A stretch of 64,000 bases of DNA from Halioglobus sp. (GTDB lineage Bacteria > Pseudomonadota > Gammaproteobacteria > Pseudomonadales > Halieaceae), in NCBI GenBank assembly GCA_965262875.1, contig CBDHGD010000002.1, forward strand, positions 42,984 to 106,983, given 5' to 3'. The position numbers and the translations under genes were made by a program. The notes under the pieces are model-generated. The model did not search any database and was not told the origin of the DNA. It saw only the letters and a program-made list of their open reading frames with translations. Positions 63,201 to 64,000 of this stretch are shown here, piece by piece. Positions within the stretch are counted from its first letter, which is position 1, and the number at the start of each line of letters is the position of its first letter.

Positions 63201-64000
63201 GGGCGTCCGATGTGGCACGCCGCTTGGGCGGCGTGGTGCGCGATCCTGACAGTTTTGTGCGGCTCTTTGCCGAAGCGATGGCGCATCCCGATCTGGTGGT
63301 GCTCAGCGAAGAAGGTTTGCGCGGCGAAGGGCGGGTTTATGCGACGCTGGCCCATATCAGGCGCGAGCTTGATTTGGTGGACAAGGTGTCTGCCCTTGCG
63401 CTGGCGCAAAGCGACCCGAACGCGGGCAGCGACCCGAACGCGGGCAGCGACATACATCCGGCGCGCGGGCGGGTCGCGGCGGCGGCCCGCACAGACCACG
63501 GGCCGATGTCACCGGATCAGGAACGGGCGTTGCGTCATGCGACCTCGCCTGCGCGTTTTGCGATGATTTCCGGCATTGCCGGCTCGGGCAAATCCTCTGT
63601 ACTGAAAGGGGTGCGCGAGGTCTACGAGCGCGAAGGCTGGACTGTTGTTGGCGCGGCCCTGGCCGGCAAAGCGGCGCAGGGATTGCAGGCGGCGTCGGGT
63701 ATTCAGAGCACTACGCTGGCCGCACTTGGTTTTGCCGCCGCGCAGGAGCGCATCACCCTTGGTCCCAAAAGCCTGTTGGTTGTTGATGAGGCGGGTATGC
63801 TGAATGCGGATCATTTCGGGATGGTGCTGGAGTTGGTGGAGCGCACCGGGGCCAGTCTGCGCCTCGTTGGCGATCCACGCCAGTTGCAACCGCGAGGGCC
63901 GGGGGCGATGTGGCGGGCGTTTGCCGACCGGATTGGCACCGTTGATCTCACAACCGTCTGGCGTCAGCACGATCCGCTGGATCGAGAGGCCACATGTAAT
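57209..64000 (+). CDS. traA: giant MobA/MobL (MOBQ) relaxase-helicase, TraA-like, 3'-incomplete in the window
   Basis: I translated this frame by hand from ATG 57209 to 64000 and met no stop. N-terminus MAVYYFNRSSLGRKSGGNAVAAAAYRH; His motif HDKGDGNPHAHVM. Walker A GYAGAGKT at 58340, Walker B MDEAGM at 58547, VHKSQGMT at 59234. A second intact Walker A, GIAGSGKS, at 63572. The ORF is absent from the supplied track. Confidence 0.9.
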   Translation, partial: MAVYYFNRSSLGRKSGGNAVAAAAYRHATRMTNGQSGETRDYSGKKPELVHAEITLPADAPAWAAMRYSGEDVDAASMQLWNDLELREDQHNRRATAQLANSFTCALPAELSHKQNIVLVRDFVQTSLVGGGAVADWVIHDKGDGNPHAHVMTTQRTLGENGLDQKIRTYVDRRQDIVNLRFNWACAANTALETAGFEARIDHRRLDVQGIKLGAISFNAEIAANIEQGDAAYRVKQRVIEARLENETYLMAHPEHMLTVVAASNPLFTKADLERGFQQYLPTSVGIDGIEGLMGLAMASDDLVRLDRKSSRGEAFMTTRAVVEMNRRMERDALTMAQSRLVLGAGHGYEALPDTLSNAQRMAVRSMVSSRRLTLVTGYAGAGKTFAVKAAAKVWAARGFAVLGGAISGKAAQELSGIEGQVATLAQWEAKWDRGARPAQGRFIFVMDEAGMVGTAIWSRMQARIKAMGGKLIAVGDAAQLAPIQDTAAFKHLTKLVGQVTIGAVRRQEDAGDRRATEMLSRGGAQAALAIDHYARKGAIRFEKNLGKAIDALSKAYFEHEGMDRIALTHLNADVDALNAAIRIEALARGVVDHKSQVSYARFVPGAGAEPLVLGIGDRVRFTRPYREASVTKSSFASVIAASETQLILSVDGQSGVVAIDPRRFLHFDYGYAATVHKSQGMTVANNVEVLVTSQFDAHLLDVALSRHKQTVRMWVPQDSVEGLADIKGMVQRSSLIDVVQANDPPVLGRMSRDISDVAVGARVDRIAADAQGHMTVPQGHLPQGHLPQGHVLVTGLAGDAHLTQQGMRMAGLLRAGYEPGQADLADDPRGYATDPLKVVDDLLAEQGVFRAADVAARLGAVVRAPDLFMRLFAQAMSHPDLVILSEEGLRGEGRVYSSNAQIAQVAGLMDRGVTLAVGQGFGAVDPSVVVAAWQAAGLDSAVCAGLEYALWPSRIALLEEIGTRQSVRVTQVLAEIARQTGTRVIVVSADARAATRFAAAATAAATSAPAATAPTVTTAPAAGIEGLGLYAFGNRLRQGSLSLRTGDILVVPEASGLHVDDLDLLTGFAETSGAKLVLHSDPSLDATGSVLRHLGARVETSVLGGFEAIAPDLRGLLEGGAALEAAYKALWNKDVFIGSSNDELQVDEYVASFIADEAVDKLGVASAARMRDALNLRIEAALQEKDGVSKEQIYQIERFEAPALAVHEGTVLKLCRDNVEHDLNAGARGVVRSVDETGQVTVRFVKGRFGAQDVTFAPGAQAAGLDYGTVFSAREARGVNTDSLHGFAGRGLQRPDLIAMLNNPCGKFSLSLPVNPDAQGEGAGFLSRALAREGRASVLDYGFDPKRALAAAAEAVRAPVPAPVRAPALELSAADLAIRADTAAHFKAQPAFIVSALVRENSRFDHGQLQRHIQKLFPAEYLDMEDPGMDHPGMDHPAFDHKAFTDQVLSETLKSGALIKAGFSSFDGAPLYTTRVQAEIEARGLEQGKALARSKLTGIGQVIDGQGIDSQAIDGGDMAGLRSDVAHVAGAARLSLATVDPGPQKDGFLQQAGAVWRARGYQVIATGTRGVFAEQAAERLGDTVQHASLAALEAQWAMGRLPEEKFVVFLDQADRVQSPQWMRVQGRVAEMGGKLIALRHSSGLSPVGSVSLYRLLAREVGVEQRDRIAHQVLEDERIATAYLDEPGAPAARALDIYHNKGAVRFAGRAEGAQAALARSYWAGEYQPSPEQSGEVRLAMAHARVMVTTLDAAIRAEGQRLGRLGAGETCWGRQINIGEVLEARSDIALAGVTAGGRGRVVKLGPESIELEIPGHRDTVEIYTSARLAQFSSSIATTIHDAEVRMVDRGYLYASRGMDQEMFRAGMTRHRQSLELHVPETAFRDYEALQKAVQRNTDLEMLDDVSSGVSSGVSSEDRSRDMVIAPDISARADRSGAALWSGGEFGFDAHLQATAGRIAGLLSIDYRPGAPVLGNDPRGYASDPLKLVDDLLAERSVIRASDVARRLGGVVRDPDSFVRLFAEAMAHPDLVVLSEEGLRGEGRVYATLAHIRRELDLVDKVSALALAQSDPNAGSDPNAGSDIHPARGRVAAAARTDHGPMSPDQERALRHATSPARFAMISGIAGSGKSSVLKGVREVYEREGWTVVGAALAGKAAQGLQAASGIQSTTLAALGFAAAQERITLGPKSLLVVDEAGMLNADHFGMVLELVERTGASLRLVGDPRQLQPRGPGAMWRAFADRIGTVDLTTVWRQHDPLDREATCN

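Noticed and set aside
61973-63499. A 508-aa minus-strand ORF, with other long minus or out-of-frame ORFs between 57251 and 63970 (for example 57251-57976, 58277-58990, 59701-60282, 63509-63970)
   Set aside because: They lie antisense or out of frame to the continuous relaxase frame. Their Arg/Pro/Gly/His-rich composition is typical of shadow frames in GC-rich coding DNA, and they carry no recognisable motifs. The plus frame carries textbook relaxase and helicase motifs throughout.

Overview
This 64-kb segment reads like a conjugative plasmid or ICE from a moderately high-GC alphaproteobacterium. The gene content looks Rhodobacterales/Rhizobiales-like, but that taxonomy is inference only. All family calls come from motifs read by eye; no searches were run.

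The window has three parts:

1. 1-7.4 kb, backbone. It holds a parA/parG-like partition operon bracketed by identical 55-bp repeats, a vapBC pair, a serine resolvase, an IS200/IS605 copy, a WGR protein and small conserved genes.

2. About 7.4-32.75 kb, a visibly more AT-rich cargo bracketed by ~397-bp direct repeats. It carries:
- a captured pgl'-edd-eda-pgi' fragment
- a fatty-acid hydroxylase and a PanB-like enzyme
- an ISNCY-type IS
- a porin and two tandem sulfotransferases
- a PDR/VanB-type reductase
- a polyol/pentulose catabolic cluster (2 FGGY kinases, SDR, HAD, sugar ABC transporter)
- a head-to-head IS66 fragment palindrome
- a truncated wza-like gene and an autotransporter adhesin

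3. 33-64 kb, backbone again. It carries:
- a phd/yefM-type TA pair and DUF2958
- a ParB-like gene split by a 3.55-kb AT-rich transposon-like insert (membrane ORF, second IS200, IS1595-type transposase remnant, Panacea-domain TA pair)
- a decayed methylase/Sno-helicase gene
- two ArdC genes, one of them dead
- DUF736, DUF2493, HU/IHF, bactofilin, phasin and a ProQ/FinO-like gene
- oriT-like repeats, then a giant MobA/MobL-TraA relaxase ORF (57209 to the window end, 2264 codons with no stop)

That relaxase ORF is missing from the supplied ORF track, apparently because it has no stop in the window.

The most striking non-genic signal is a family of ~33-nt palindromic units with GGGCAT-N3-ATGCCC or GCGCAT-N3-ATGCGC cores. 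They form arrays between genes and are repeatedly inserted in frame inside coding sequences. The backbone also shows heavy decay (nonsense codons, a deletion, MITEs) and many in-frame short tandem duplications.
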